Notes under the pieces: generated by a model
The model's input: the letters and a program-made list of their open reading frames with translations, nothing else
The model's database searches: none
What the model was told of the DNA's origin: nothing
Program-made: the position numbers and the translations under genes
Shown here: in pieces, positions 35,078 through 43,680 of the stretch
Layout of the letters: each line of letters opens with the position of its first letter
How positions within the stretch are numbered: the first letter of the stretch is position 1
IMG/VR virus record: IMGVR_UViG_3300025697_002467
From: a virus
Lineage: Duplodnaviria > Heunggongvirae > Uroviricota > Caudoviricetes
Length of the DNA stretch: 50,006 nucleotides
Reading direction: 5' to 3' (one strand)

Positions 35078-37885
35078 ATGGATAAATATCTTCAACTCAC
35101 TCAAAACATTGCAGTTTTGTCTGGTCTGTTTCATGACTGGATTAAAGCCTCGGAGTTTTTTATAACAAAACTCCGAAAAAACGAAATTGTCCAAGACCCT
35201 CTAAGACATGATTGGCTATCTGCCGTGTTTTTTTCTTCTATAGTTGGGAAACAATCCGACCTTGAATGGCTTCAACAACTTATTGATGGGAATATCCCAT
35301 CAGAATTTAAAATACCTGACAACCCATTAGAAAATCTCCCAGACACAGCTGCCGTTATATTTTGGTTAATTTTAACGCATCACAGATTACCGATAATTGA
35401 TCGATATAGAGGAAAAAACTGTGGGGATTTTCGGAATCTTTTTAAGTTTATTTCGGCTGAGTGGGGATACCAACATCTTAAAACCCAAGGCTTAGAGAAA
35501 TGTTTTAAATTCCCTAAAGGATTACCAGACCATTCCCCTATTTTAGTACAACACATCCAGAAAGCAGCTCAGGATTTATATAATTCTATAGGTACGCTGG
35601 AGGAAGTAATCCAAAAAAGAAATCTTCGTACAATCCTGACTCAAGCTCGTATGGCTCTCATGTTAGCGGATCATTTCCATTCGTCCCAAGATGCTGACCC
35701 AAACTGGCCGAAGACATATCCTGTTTTTGCTAATACGTACCGAGACACTGGTAAATTAAAGCAACGGCTTGATGAACACCTTGTCGGAGTAGCTAATCAG
35801 GCAGCCTTCAATGTGAAATTTCTGCATGAGCTTGTGGACATTAATCACAAACACCAAGCCTACCCGTCACTCGTTATTAAAAGCCCCGCTGAATTTCAAT
35901 GGCAAGAAGATGCTGTCACAGTTATCCGAAACCAGTATCAAAAAGGAGGCTTTTTTGGGGTCAGTATTGCCAGTACAGGAACAGGTAAAACATTAGGTAA
36001 TGCTAAAATTATGCAAGCTCTATCGAAAGACGGGAAAGGACTTCATTATACATCAGCCCTTGGACTCCGAACCTTAACCCTACAAACTGGATTGGAATAC
36101 CGTGACCGGATTGGATTAACGGATAAAGATATGGCCGTTCTGATTGGTTCTACTGACAACCTGAATCCATTCTATGCAGGTTCAGAATCTGAAGACTGTT
36201 TATTAGATAATGAATTGATTGGGGGCTTGGCAGAAGCAGGGTTATCCCCAGTATTACGAGATGAAAAGAGCTGTCGGTTTTTCCACACTCCTGTGGTGGT
36301 TTGTACTATTGACCATCTAGTTGGGGCTACGGAAACTAGAAAGGGTGGCCGGTATATCCTACCTCTCCTTCGATTGATGTCTTCTGACCTAGTTATTGAT
36401 GAAATAGATAATTTCTCAAATGGAGACTCCGTTGTTATTGGCCATTTAATCCATCTTGCTGGGATGTTAGGAAGAAAAGTCCTCATTTCCTCAGCCACAA
36501 TTCCTCCTGATATGGCAGAAGGGTATTTTAATGCTTATCAGGCCGGTTGGGAAGAATTTTGTAAAAACCAATCTGAAAACCCTGCTGTTAGTTGTTTCTG
36601 GACAGATGAGTTTGGAGCAACACTTGAATCTGTGGAGACCCTGACTGAGTATCGGAAATACCATCAAGAATTTGTTGAACAGCGTGTCATAGAATTAGCT
36701 AAGAAACCAATCAGACACCGAGTTAATATAGGGGAAATCCAACCTGTTAAAAATGAAAGCCGTAAAAAAACAAAAAACAGATTTTTTAAATCCATGACAG
36801 ATTGTTGTTTCGAATTACACAAGGACAATTACACTAAAGATGCCAAAACAGGTAAATTAGTGAGTATTGGTGTTATCAGAGTCAATACTATAAATACTTG
36901 TGTATCACTTACAAAACATCTCTTGAAAACCAAACTTCCACCTAATATCGATATCCGAACAATGGCCTACCACAGCCAACAAGTTATGGCCTTGCGTAAT
37001 GTTCAGGAGACTCATTTAGATAACGTGTTGAAAAGACACAAAGGTTCTCAAGCAATTTTTGATAACCCCATCATTAGAGAGCATGTAGATAATAGCTCGG
37101 CTGATCATGTGATATTTATTCTTGTAGCTACTTCAATCGAAGAAGTTGGTAGAGATCATGATTTTGATTGGGGTGTAATCGAACCATCCTCATTTCGGGC
37201 AATTATTCAGCTAATAGGACGTATATTACGACATAGGATGAAAAATGTTACACAACCTAATGTAACGATTATGCAGTATAACTTAAAAGGCTTGCTTGGA
37301 GACCGACTCCCTTTCAAACTCCCAGGCTATGAATCTACTCAGCATGTTTTCAATTCTCATGATATTACTAACCTCATTGATAAGGAGACTATCTGTGAAG
37401 GTTTGAATGCTACACCAAGAATTACCAAGAACACCCCCTTAGACCCCCAAAACAAGCTGGTAGACCTCGAACACACAATCACTCATGAAACCCTATCTGA
37501 TTACACCCAACAAGGGCCAGAGAGTCTTGCAGGCTGGGTTAAGACGTTTTGGTGGATGACTGCCACACCTCAAAAAATGAATAAGTTTCGGTCAGATTAT
37601 CCCTGCCTTCGAGTCTTCTTGATCCCCACGGATGATGGTCCTGTTTTTTTTGAAAAAACAAAAAGACATGGGATTCGAAAAATCGAATCCTTGTATGGAG
37701 TTAGGGTAAACAAGTCTGATGATGAAATGCCTTTGAAAAGATTATGGCTTCATAGAGATTTTGAAACTATTATTGATGGTTTGGACCTTATGATACACGG
37801 AGAAATCAACCTACCAACGTATGGTAAGGATAAAAATGAAATTCGTTATGAGTATTCTGACCAGTTTGGGTTAATTGCAAAATAG
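35078..37885 (+). CDS. cas3: type I-F Cas3 nuclease-helicase lacking the N-terminal Cas2 domain
   Basis: starts at the HD domain (GLFHDWIKAS, DPLRHDW, MLADH); Walker A ASTGTGKT; LGLRTLTLQTG; LVIDEID; SSAT; YHSQ; EVGRDHDFDW; QLIGRILRHR. Confidence 0.95.
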   Translation: MDKYLQLTQNIAVLSGLFHDWIKASEFFITKLRKNEIVQDPLRHDWLSAVFFSSIVGKQSDLEWLQQLIDGNIPSEFKIPDNPLENLPDTAAVIFWLILTHHRLPIIDRYRGKNCGDFRNLFKFISAEWGYQHLKTQGLEKCFKFPKGLPDHSPILVQHIQKAAQDLYNSIGTLEEVIQKRNLRTILTQARMALMLADHFHSSQDADPNWPKTYPVFANTYRDTGKLKQRLDEHLVGVANQAAFNVKFLHELVDINHKHQAYPSLVIKSPAEFQWQEDAVTVIRNQYQKGGFFGVSIASTGTGKTLGNAKIMQALSKDGKGLHYTSALGLRTLTLQTGLEYRDRIGLTDKDMAVLIGSTDNLNPFYAGSESEDCLLDNELIGGLAEAGLSPVLRDEKSCRFFHTPVVVCTIDHLVGATETRKGGRYILPLLRLMSSDLVIDEIDNFSNGDSVVIGHLIHLAGMLGRKVLISSATIPPDMAEGYFNAYQAGWEEFCKNQSENPAVSCFWTDEFGATLESVETLTEYRKYHQEFVEQRVIELAKKPIRHRVNIGEIQPVKNESRKKTKNRFFKSMTDCCFELHKDNYTKDAKTGKLVSIGVIRVNTINTCVSLTKHLLKTKLPPNIDIRTMAYHSQQVMALRNVQETHLDNVLKRHKGSQAIFDNPIIREHVDNSSADHVIFILVATSIEEVGRDHDFDWGVIEPSSFRAIIQLIGRILRHRMKNVTQPNVTIMQYNLKGLLGDRLPFKLPGYESTQHVFNSHDITNLIDKETICEGLNATPRITKNTPLDPQNKLVDLEHTITHETLSDYTQQGPESLAGWVKTFWWMTATPQKMNKFRSDYPCLRVFLIPTDDGPVFFEKTKRHGIRKIESLYGVRVNKSDDEMPLKRLWLHRDFETIIDGLDLMIHGEINLPTYGKDKNEIRYEYSDQFGLIAK

Positions 37886-37898
37886 AAAGGATTTGAAA

Positions 37899-39134
37899 AT
37901 GGATATTGAAATCCAGAAGTTTTTTGATGAACGTATCAAGAAAAAAATTAAGCATGGAAGTCAAAATATACCTGATGAACAGATGCCTGATTTTGAGAAC
38001 AAAATCAGGGAGAATTTTGTTTTGGAAACGTGGTTGCCAATAGCTGCGGAAAAAGCAAAATTCGTTACTCTCCGAACCCACTCAGGGAAAATGACTCACC
38101 CTAGTGCCCGGACATCTTCGTTCGTAGCCAAGAAACCCCAAGAAAATGATGGTTATCTTCGAACAGGGAATGTTTCTGTAGAAACAGATATGTGTGGAGG
38201 TGGGGCAGCCAGCCTAATCTATTATGCCTTCATGAACCTCAAGCTGACTGATGGGCAAACCATTTTAAGCCACCTACAAAAGTCTACTGACTATATCAAA
38301 CAGCAATTCGATATCCCTACAATGTCGTTCGATGACATCCAAAAAGGTTTTCTGGCTGTTTTTGATGAAACAGATGAAGACATTTATACTGATGGTTTAC
38401 TCCGAGAAGTATTTTTCCCAGTTGACGATGGTTATCATCTTCTGTCCATTACGAGCCCTTCTGGGATCATTTTTGCCCAAACTGACAAAATTGATAAAAT
38501 CCGTTTCTCAGAAGAAACTAAAGAAATCCGAAAACTTAAACGGCAGGGAAAACCGTCAGATAAAGGTTTTACCGAATTTTTTGACCTGACCATTGCCAAC
38601 TATGGAGGTTCTCAACCTCAGAACATCGGAGCTCTCAACAGCAAGTACAAAAAAGTATACTTGTTATCAGCTTCCCCACCTCAGTTTAAAAAACGGAAAA
38701 CCAAGCTACCCAAAACGAACTTTATGTCTATTCTGTGGGTAAAAGGCTTTCAGAGGTCTTTCCAGAAATTTCATACTCAGATAGCTATTAAAAAACAAAA
38801 CCAACATAGCCGTCTCCGACGTGATAACCATATTCGGTTCATTGTGGACCAAATCTCTAAACAGATGTGGGCAGTTCGACAGACTGAGCCTGGATGGTCT
38901 AATTCAGATACCTATAGATCATTGCCCAGACATCAAAAAATCTGGTTGGATCAACAGTATGCTGGCAACCGCTATGACAATCCCGATTGGATGGGCAAAG
39001 TAATTGCTGATATTAGCAGATGGTTCATCAACTCTTATAACACCCTGCTCGGTTCTGATGCAGAGTTGCTTGACGATACTGATTTGAGACATGTGGAAAC
39101 TATCATTCAAGAATGTGAGGAGGCCATCCGATGA
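37899..39134 (+). CDS. csy1: type I-F Cascade large subunit Csy1/Cas8f
   Basis: THSGKMTHPSA, GYLRTGNV, FFPVDDGYHLLS, NYGGSQPQNIGALNS, WSNS...LP.HQKIWLD; start re-called at MDIEIQ. Confidence 0.93.
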   Translation: MDIEIQKFFDERIKKKIKHGSQNIPDEQMPDFENKIRENFVLETWLPIAAEKAKFVTLRTHSGKMTHPSARTSSFVAKKPQENDGYLRTGNVSVETDMCGGGAASLIYYAFMNLKLTDGQTILSHLQKSTDYIKQQFDIPTMSFDDIQKGFLAVFDETDEDIYTDGLLREVFFPVDDGYHLLSITSPSGIIFAQTDKIDKIRFSEETKEIRKLKRQGKPSDKGFTEFFDLTIANYGGSQPQNIGALNSKYKKVYLLSASPPQFKKRKTKLPKTNFMSILWVKGFQRSFQKFHTQIAIKKQNQHSRLRRDNHIRFIVDQISKQMWAVRQTEPGWSNSDTYRSLPRHQKIWLDQQYAGNRYDNPDWMGKVIADISRWFINSYNTLLGSDAELLDDTDLRHVETIIQECEEAIR

Positions 39135-40024
39135 AAGACATTTTACTGATACCAAAGATACAAGCTGAAAGTGCCAATGCTCATTCCAGTCCATACTCCG
39201 GCGGATTTCCTGCTATGACGGCTTGGATGGGTTTTGCTCATTTGCTTGAAAGAAAACTTCAACAGACTTCTTATGCAGGGATCAAGTTTAAAAGTGTTGG
39301 GGTGGTGAGTCATGATTTTACTTTGAGAAATTTTAAGCACCCCAAGGATTTCTGTTCCGCTATTATTGGCAGACGTTTACCCCCTCAAAACCCTAGTCAA
39401 AAAGGGGCACCTCTGATTCCCGACTTAACCTGTGACCTAACGGTTTCTATAGTGTTGGAATGTTCAGGGATGGGGATGATAGATCATGAAGATTTCACCA
39501 ACACTATTAGGAAAATCATTTATAGTCTTAAATTGGCTAGTGGTGATATTGTAAACCTCCAAAAACCAGAAGTTCTCACCGTCCATGATGAGAAAAGCCA
39601 AAAAACCCTGCTCCGTCGGCTTATGCCAGGTAACTGTCTGATTGAACGTCGGGATCTGATACAGAAAGCTATGGAAAACGGCCAAGATGCCCTTGAAGCT
39701 GTTCTTTCTCATACTTGTATAGAACACTCATATAATGAGGTAACAGATAAGTGGGAAAGTAAACGGAAAACATCAGGTTGGCTGGTTCCAATTACTACAG
39801 GTTATCAAGGACTCACTAAATTGGGTCCTGCTGAAAACACACGAGATGCAAACGATACCCCACACCGATTTGCTGAAGCTATTGTAACATTATGTGAATT
39901 TATCATGCCATATAAAATTGTCGAACTTGATAACATGCTATGGCACTATCATTCTGATATGAACAAAGACCTTTATCTTTGTCAACAGAATAAACCTACA
40001 TACTCAGGAGAAAACTATGTCTAA
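39131..40024 (+). CDS. csy2: type I-F Csy2/Cas5f
   Basis: IQAESANA.SSPYS.GFPAMTAWMGFAH.LERKL; GWLVPITTGYQGL; HRFAE; L..MLWHY. Confidence 0.95.
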   Translation: MKDILLIPKIQAESANAHSSPYSGGFPAMTAWMGFAHLLERKLQQTSYAGIKFKSVGVVSHDFTLRNFKHPKDFCSAIIGRRLPPQNPSQKGAPLIPDLTCDLTVSIVLECSGMGMIDHEDFTNTIRKIIYSLKLASGDIVNLQKPEVLTVHDEKSQKTLLRRLMPGNCLIERRDLIQKAMENGQDALEAVLSHTCIEHSYNEVTDKWESKRKTSGWLVPITTGYQGLTKLGPAENTRDANDTPHRFAEAIVTLCEFIMPYKIVELDNMLWHYHSDMNKDLYLCQQNKPTYSGENYV

Positions 40025-41048
40025 AGTCAAAATCCCCGGGAATTTGTCATTCCGCAAGCGTTTAGAACCCTCAAAAGGAATCCTTTTTGGAACTTCCTGG
40101 GACAAACGCCGAGAAATTTGTGTCCCTTTAACCAATGAACTTATCACTGTCAGAGGTGGTAAAACTCACCACCAAAATTTCCCTGACAATCGTGAGAAAG
40201 GTGAGTCTGAGTTGGGTGATGCCAACATCCACACTCTTGATTCCTGTTTGTTGTCCAAGGATCACGATACCGTGCGTTTAACTTACACCTTGAAAGTTCT
40301 CAACGGTGTTGCCGGTATGGAAAGCTGTAATGACAAAGAATTCCTTAACCTGTTCGAGGAATGCTTAAAAGAAAAACTGGATACTGTTGGAGTGAAAGTT
40401 CTGGCCCATCGTTATGCCACCAACATTGCCAATGGTCGTCCTTTGTGGAAAAACCGTGAAGCTACCCATATTGAAACGGTCGTTCGTTGCCGTGGCAGTG
40501 AGACAGAGTGGGTTTTTGACGGTAAAGAAATCCCATTGCATACTTTCGATTATGAAAGTTCTGCATTGACAGGGCTAACTCAAGTCATTGAAGATGCTTT
40601 GTTAGGTAACACTGACCTTATCATTCTGGAAGTGTCCTCATACGCTTTGGTCGGTCAAGGTCAGCCGGTATTCCCCAGTCAAGAATTCATTCAGGATCAA
40701 GGGAATGGTTTCAGCTCGAAGAAAGACGGGAAGAAAAGCAAAGTTTTATACTTCCCCGAAGATGTAGCCGGCCTGCACCCGCAAAAAATCGGTAATGCCA
40801 TCCGTACTATTGATTCATGGTATGGAGACGGTGTCTCTCCGATTGCTGTGGAACCTTACGGTGCCCAGCCTACTTTCAATACCCATCACCGTAGCCCTTA
40901 CGAACAAAAGGACTTTTATTCCATGTTGGTGAAATTTGTGAACAAGGAAGAATTGACCGAATCCGAAGTTCATTACTTCATGGCCATGCTGGTCAAAGGT
41001 GGTGTGTTTGGTGCAGCCAAATCCAAGCCTAAACCCAAATCCAAGTAG
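40017..41048 (+). CDS. csy3: type I-F Csy3/Cas7f
   Basis: LSF.KRL.PS; RYATNIANGRPLWKNR; VFPSQEF; KSKVLY; HPQKIGNAIRTIDSWY; IAVEPYG; MAMLVKGGVFG. Confidence 0.97.
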   Translation: MSKVKIPGNLSFRKRLEPSKGILFGTSWDKRREICVPLTNELITVRGGKTHHQNFPDNREKGESELGDANIHTLDSCLLSKDHDTVRLTYTLKVLNGVAGMESCNDKEFLNLFEECLKEKLDTVGVKVLAHRYATNIANGRPLWKNREATHIETVVRCRGSETEWVFDGKEIPLHTFDYESSALTGLTQVIEDALLGNTDLIILEVSSYALVGQGQPVFPSQEFIQDQGNGFSSKKDGKKSKVLYFPEDVAGLHPQKIGNAIRTIDSWYGDGVSPIAVEPYGAQPTFNTHHRSPYEQKDFYSMLVKFVNKEELTESEVHYFMAMLVKGGVFGAAKSKPKPKSK

Positions 41049-41060
41049 GAGAAAAAGAAC

Positions 41061-41630
41061 ATGAAATACTACCAAGAAATTACGTTGATCCCTGACCCTG
41101 TTGGGATGCCCCTGAGTTATTTACAGCAACGTCTGTTCTATCAGGTTCATGCAGCCTTGGCTCGTGAACCTGGGGATAATTCCGTGGGTATATCTTTCCC
41201 TGATTACGATGGGGAAGGATGCCAACTGGGAAATAAAATAAGGTTGTTAGCTCCGACTGAGGATATTTTAAAAAACCTTCAACTTCGACACCTACTTCTC
41301 AGGTTAAGTGATTATTCTCATTTGTCAGATATCCGACAGGTGCCTGAGAAAATTGAAAGCTATGCTTTTTTTCGTCGGGTTCAACCGAAAACCAGCCTTG
41401 GCAGCATAGCTCGTCGAAAAGCTAGACGTGAAGGGATTACAGTTGATGAAGCCTTGAATCTTTTAGGACCACCTAAAAAAACACCCAAACTCCCCGCTGT
41501 TTCAATGGAGAGTAAAAGTTCAGGTCAACAATATCCTTTGTTTGTTTCCCGAGTTTTATCTGATGAGCCAGCTACGGGGTCATACAGTACGTATGGATTG
41601 AGTTCCACAGGTACTGTACCTTTATTTTAA
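41061..41630 (+). CDS. cas6f: type I-F Cas6f/Csy4 crRNA endoribonuclease
   Basis: MKYYQEITL.PD; QVH.AL; GISFPDY; LG.KIRL; RRVQPK; S.SSGQ.YPLF; YSTYGLS..TVPLF. Confidence 0.95.
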   Translation: MKYYQEITLIPDPVGMPLSYLQQRLFYQVHAALAREPGDNSVGISFPDYDGEGCQLGNKIRLLAPTEDILKNLQLRHLLLRLSDYSHLSDIRQVPEKIESYAFFRRVQPKTSLGSIARRKARREGITVDEALNLLGPPKKTPKLPAVSMESKSSGQQYPLFVSRVLSDEPATGSYSTYGLSSTGTVPLF

Positions 41631-41748
41631 TCAAAACAAAAAACCTAAGTGGTTATGGCTACTTAGGTTTTTTGCTTTTAACATTGGTAAAAACATGTAA
41701 TCATGTATAGGTCTTTGAAAACTCAATAGTTTTATGATTTATGCTCCT
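41631..41748 (+). promoter_or_regulatory. CRISPR leader
   Basis: AT-rich 118 bp between cas6f and first repeat; IHF-like CTTTGAAAACTCAATAGTTTTA at 41713-41734. Confidence 0.8.
41637..41674 (+). terminator. 14-bp perfect inverted repeat in the leader (cas-operon terminator or leader motif)
   Basis: CAAAAAACCTAAGT-ggttatggct-ACTTAGGTTTTTTG. Confidence 0.7.
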
Positions 41749-43680
41749 GTGAACTGCCGAGTAGGCAGCTTAGAATAACAGTTTGTACCGGTATTGTTTG
41801 GCAGATGTGTGAACTGCCGAGTAGGCAGCTTAGAATCTGCTCTGGAAATTTTGAGTATCCATACTGCCGTGAACTGCCGAGTAGGCAGCTTAGAATTGTT
41901 TGATTTTCTGACTCATTCCACCGAACGGGTGAACTGCCGAGTAGGCAGCTTAGAATTGTTTTGTCGAACCGACATTGATTTTTGAAAAGTGAACTGCCGA
42001 GTAGGCAGCTTAGAATTGGAGGTCAGAAAGGAAACGGTAACTATGTCTAGTTAACTGCCGAGTAGGCAGCTTAGAATTCAGACAATAATTCAAGAAAGTA
42101 TCAATTAAAGTGAACTGCCGAGTAGGCAGCTTAGAATTGGAAAACCATAGAATCAGAGAAGCTGGATTCGTGAACTGCCGAGTAGGCAGCTTAGAATACA
42201 TGTGTCGTAACCGTGTTCACGAAAAATTCGTGAACTGCCGAATAGGCAGCTTAGAATGGGTAACGATGACGTTGGAAAATGTAGACAGAGGTACACTGCC
42301 GAACAGGCAGCTTAGAATGACAGGTCGCATCGTGAATTTCTGGATCTGAAGTTAACTGCCGAGTAGGCAGCTTAGAATATTGATATTGATGCTAATAACG
42401 GCAGTGATGAGTGAACTGCTGAATAAGCAGCTTAGAATACAAGTCACAATATTGGATTAGCAAGCACATAGTTAACTGCCGAATAGGTAGTTTAGAATTT
42501 GCTTTTTTGTGACTGTACCTAGAACCTGTGGTTAACTGCCGAGTAGGCAGCTTAGAATCGAAGAACACGTCGGATCTCCCTGAAAATATCGTGAACTGCC
42601 GAACAGGCAGCTTAGAATAGTTCATCACACAAGGCCATTAGCTCGTCCACCGTTAACTGCTGAACAGGTAGTTTAGAATACAGGGAATCTGCGGACTTTG
42701 CCAACCTTGATGTAAACTGCCGAATAGGCAGCTTAGAATTGGTCAACCGAACTACACAAAATGTCTTTTGCATGAACTGCCGAGTAGGTAGTTTAGAATT
42801 GTCCTGAAATGCCTGTTGTCACAAATGAGATGTTAACTGCCGAATAGGCAGTTTAGAATTATGTGGGATCAAAGCTCTCCCAAGGGTGGGTGTTAACTGC
42901 CGAGCAGGCAGCTTAGAATCATGTATAAGTTGCTCTCAATCCACAATTTAGGTGAACTGCTGGATAAGTAGTTTAGAATAATTTAATCAGGTCATTCATA
43001 ACGGCCATTTTAGTTAACTGCCGAATAGGCAGCTTAGAATTCTTGTTGGATGCAAGTGTCTTATCAACATTTGTTAACTGCCGAATAGGCAGCTTAGAAT
43101 TGAGACAGATCCCAAAGCTGAAATCGAATCCAGTGAACTGCCGAACAGGCAGCTTAGAATAAGGAACAGAAGCAGCTAGTTCAATTGGTACTGTTAACTG
43201 CCGAACAGACAGCTTAGAATGAAATTCCTTCATCCACATATTCGGCAACTATGTGAACTGCCGAACAGGTAGTTTAGAATTTTATGGAACTCACTACGAC
43301 CGCCAGACCGGATCGTGAGCTGCCGAATAGGTAGTTTAGAATCTATTGACACCAAAGCAGATTGAATCCGCGGGAACTGCCGAATAGGCAGCTTAGAATG
43401 ATGAAACTCTATGACGAGGAACGAGTGGAGGGTGAACTGCTGAATAAGCAGCTTAGAATACAATCGAATCAATGCCGTCTAAAAGCTCCGCAGGAACTGC
43501 TGGATAAGCAGCTTAGAGTTCGTATGGAGTAACCGTGAAAAACTGCCGGACAGGTAGTTTAGAATTTAGAAATAAGGGTGTGGCATTGAAGCCGAGTGAA
43601 AACTGCCGAATAGGCAGCTTAGAATAAGCACATCAGCTATGTTAAACCGCACTGCGTGAACTGCTGAATAAGTAGCTTAG
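41749..43680 (+). CRISPR. type I-F CRISPR array, 33 repeats / 32 spacers
   Basis: 28-bp consensus GTGAACTGCCGAGTAGGCAGCTTAGAAT (CTGCC/GGCAG stem); spacers mostly 32 bp (range about 18-34); uniform at leader end, heterogeneous distally; last repeat truncated at GCTTAG. Confidence 0.99.

Noticed and set aside
41837-41868. Spacer 2 peptide ALEILSIHTA as an AAA+ lid motif
   Set aside because: It lacks the conserved Arg of R-x-x-I-L-x-I-H-T, so it is too weak to call.
42860-42920. Spacer 19 (YVGSK, methylase-like), and by the same test spacer 20 at 42920-42951 (LNCGLR, tyrosine-recombinase-like)
   Set aside because: Only 5-6 residues match and the downstream conserved residues are absent; compatible with chance.
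41794-43472. Several 60-90 aa ORFs on both strands inside the array
   Set aside because: They are translations of repeat-spacer units (recurring NCRVGSLE / SKLPxRQ) and not genes.
41777-43655. Self-targeting spacers
   Set aside because: Manual comparison found only short matches of about 10 nt (e.g. spacer 13 versus about 20093); not exhaustive and limited to this window.
35078-43680. CRISPR-associated transposon (I-F3 CAST), suggested by repeat similarity to GTGAACTGCCGAGTAGG...
   Set aside because: Cas3 is present, Cas8f and Cas5f are separate genes, and no tnsA/B/C or tniQ was seen.
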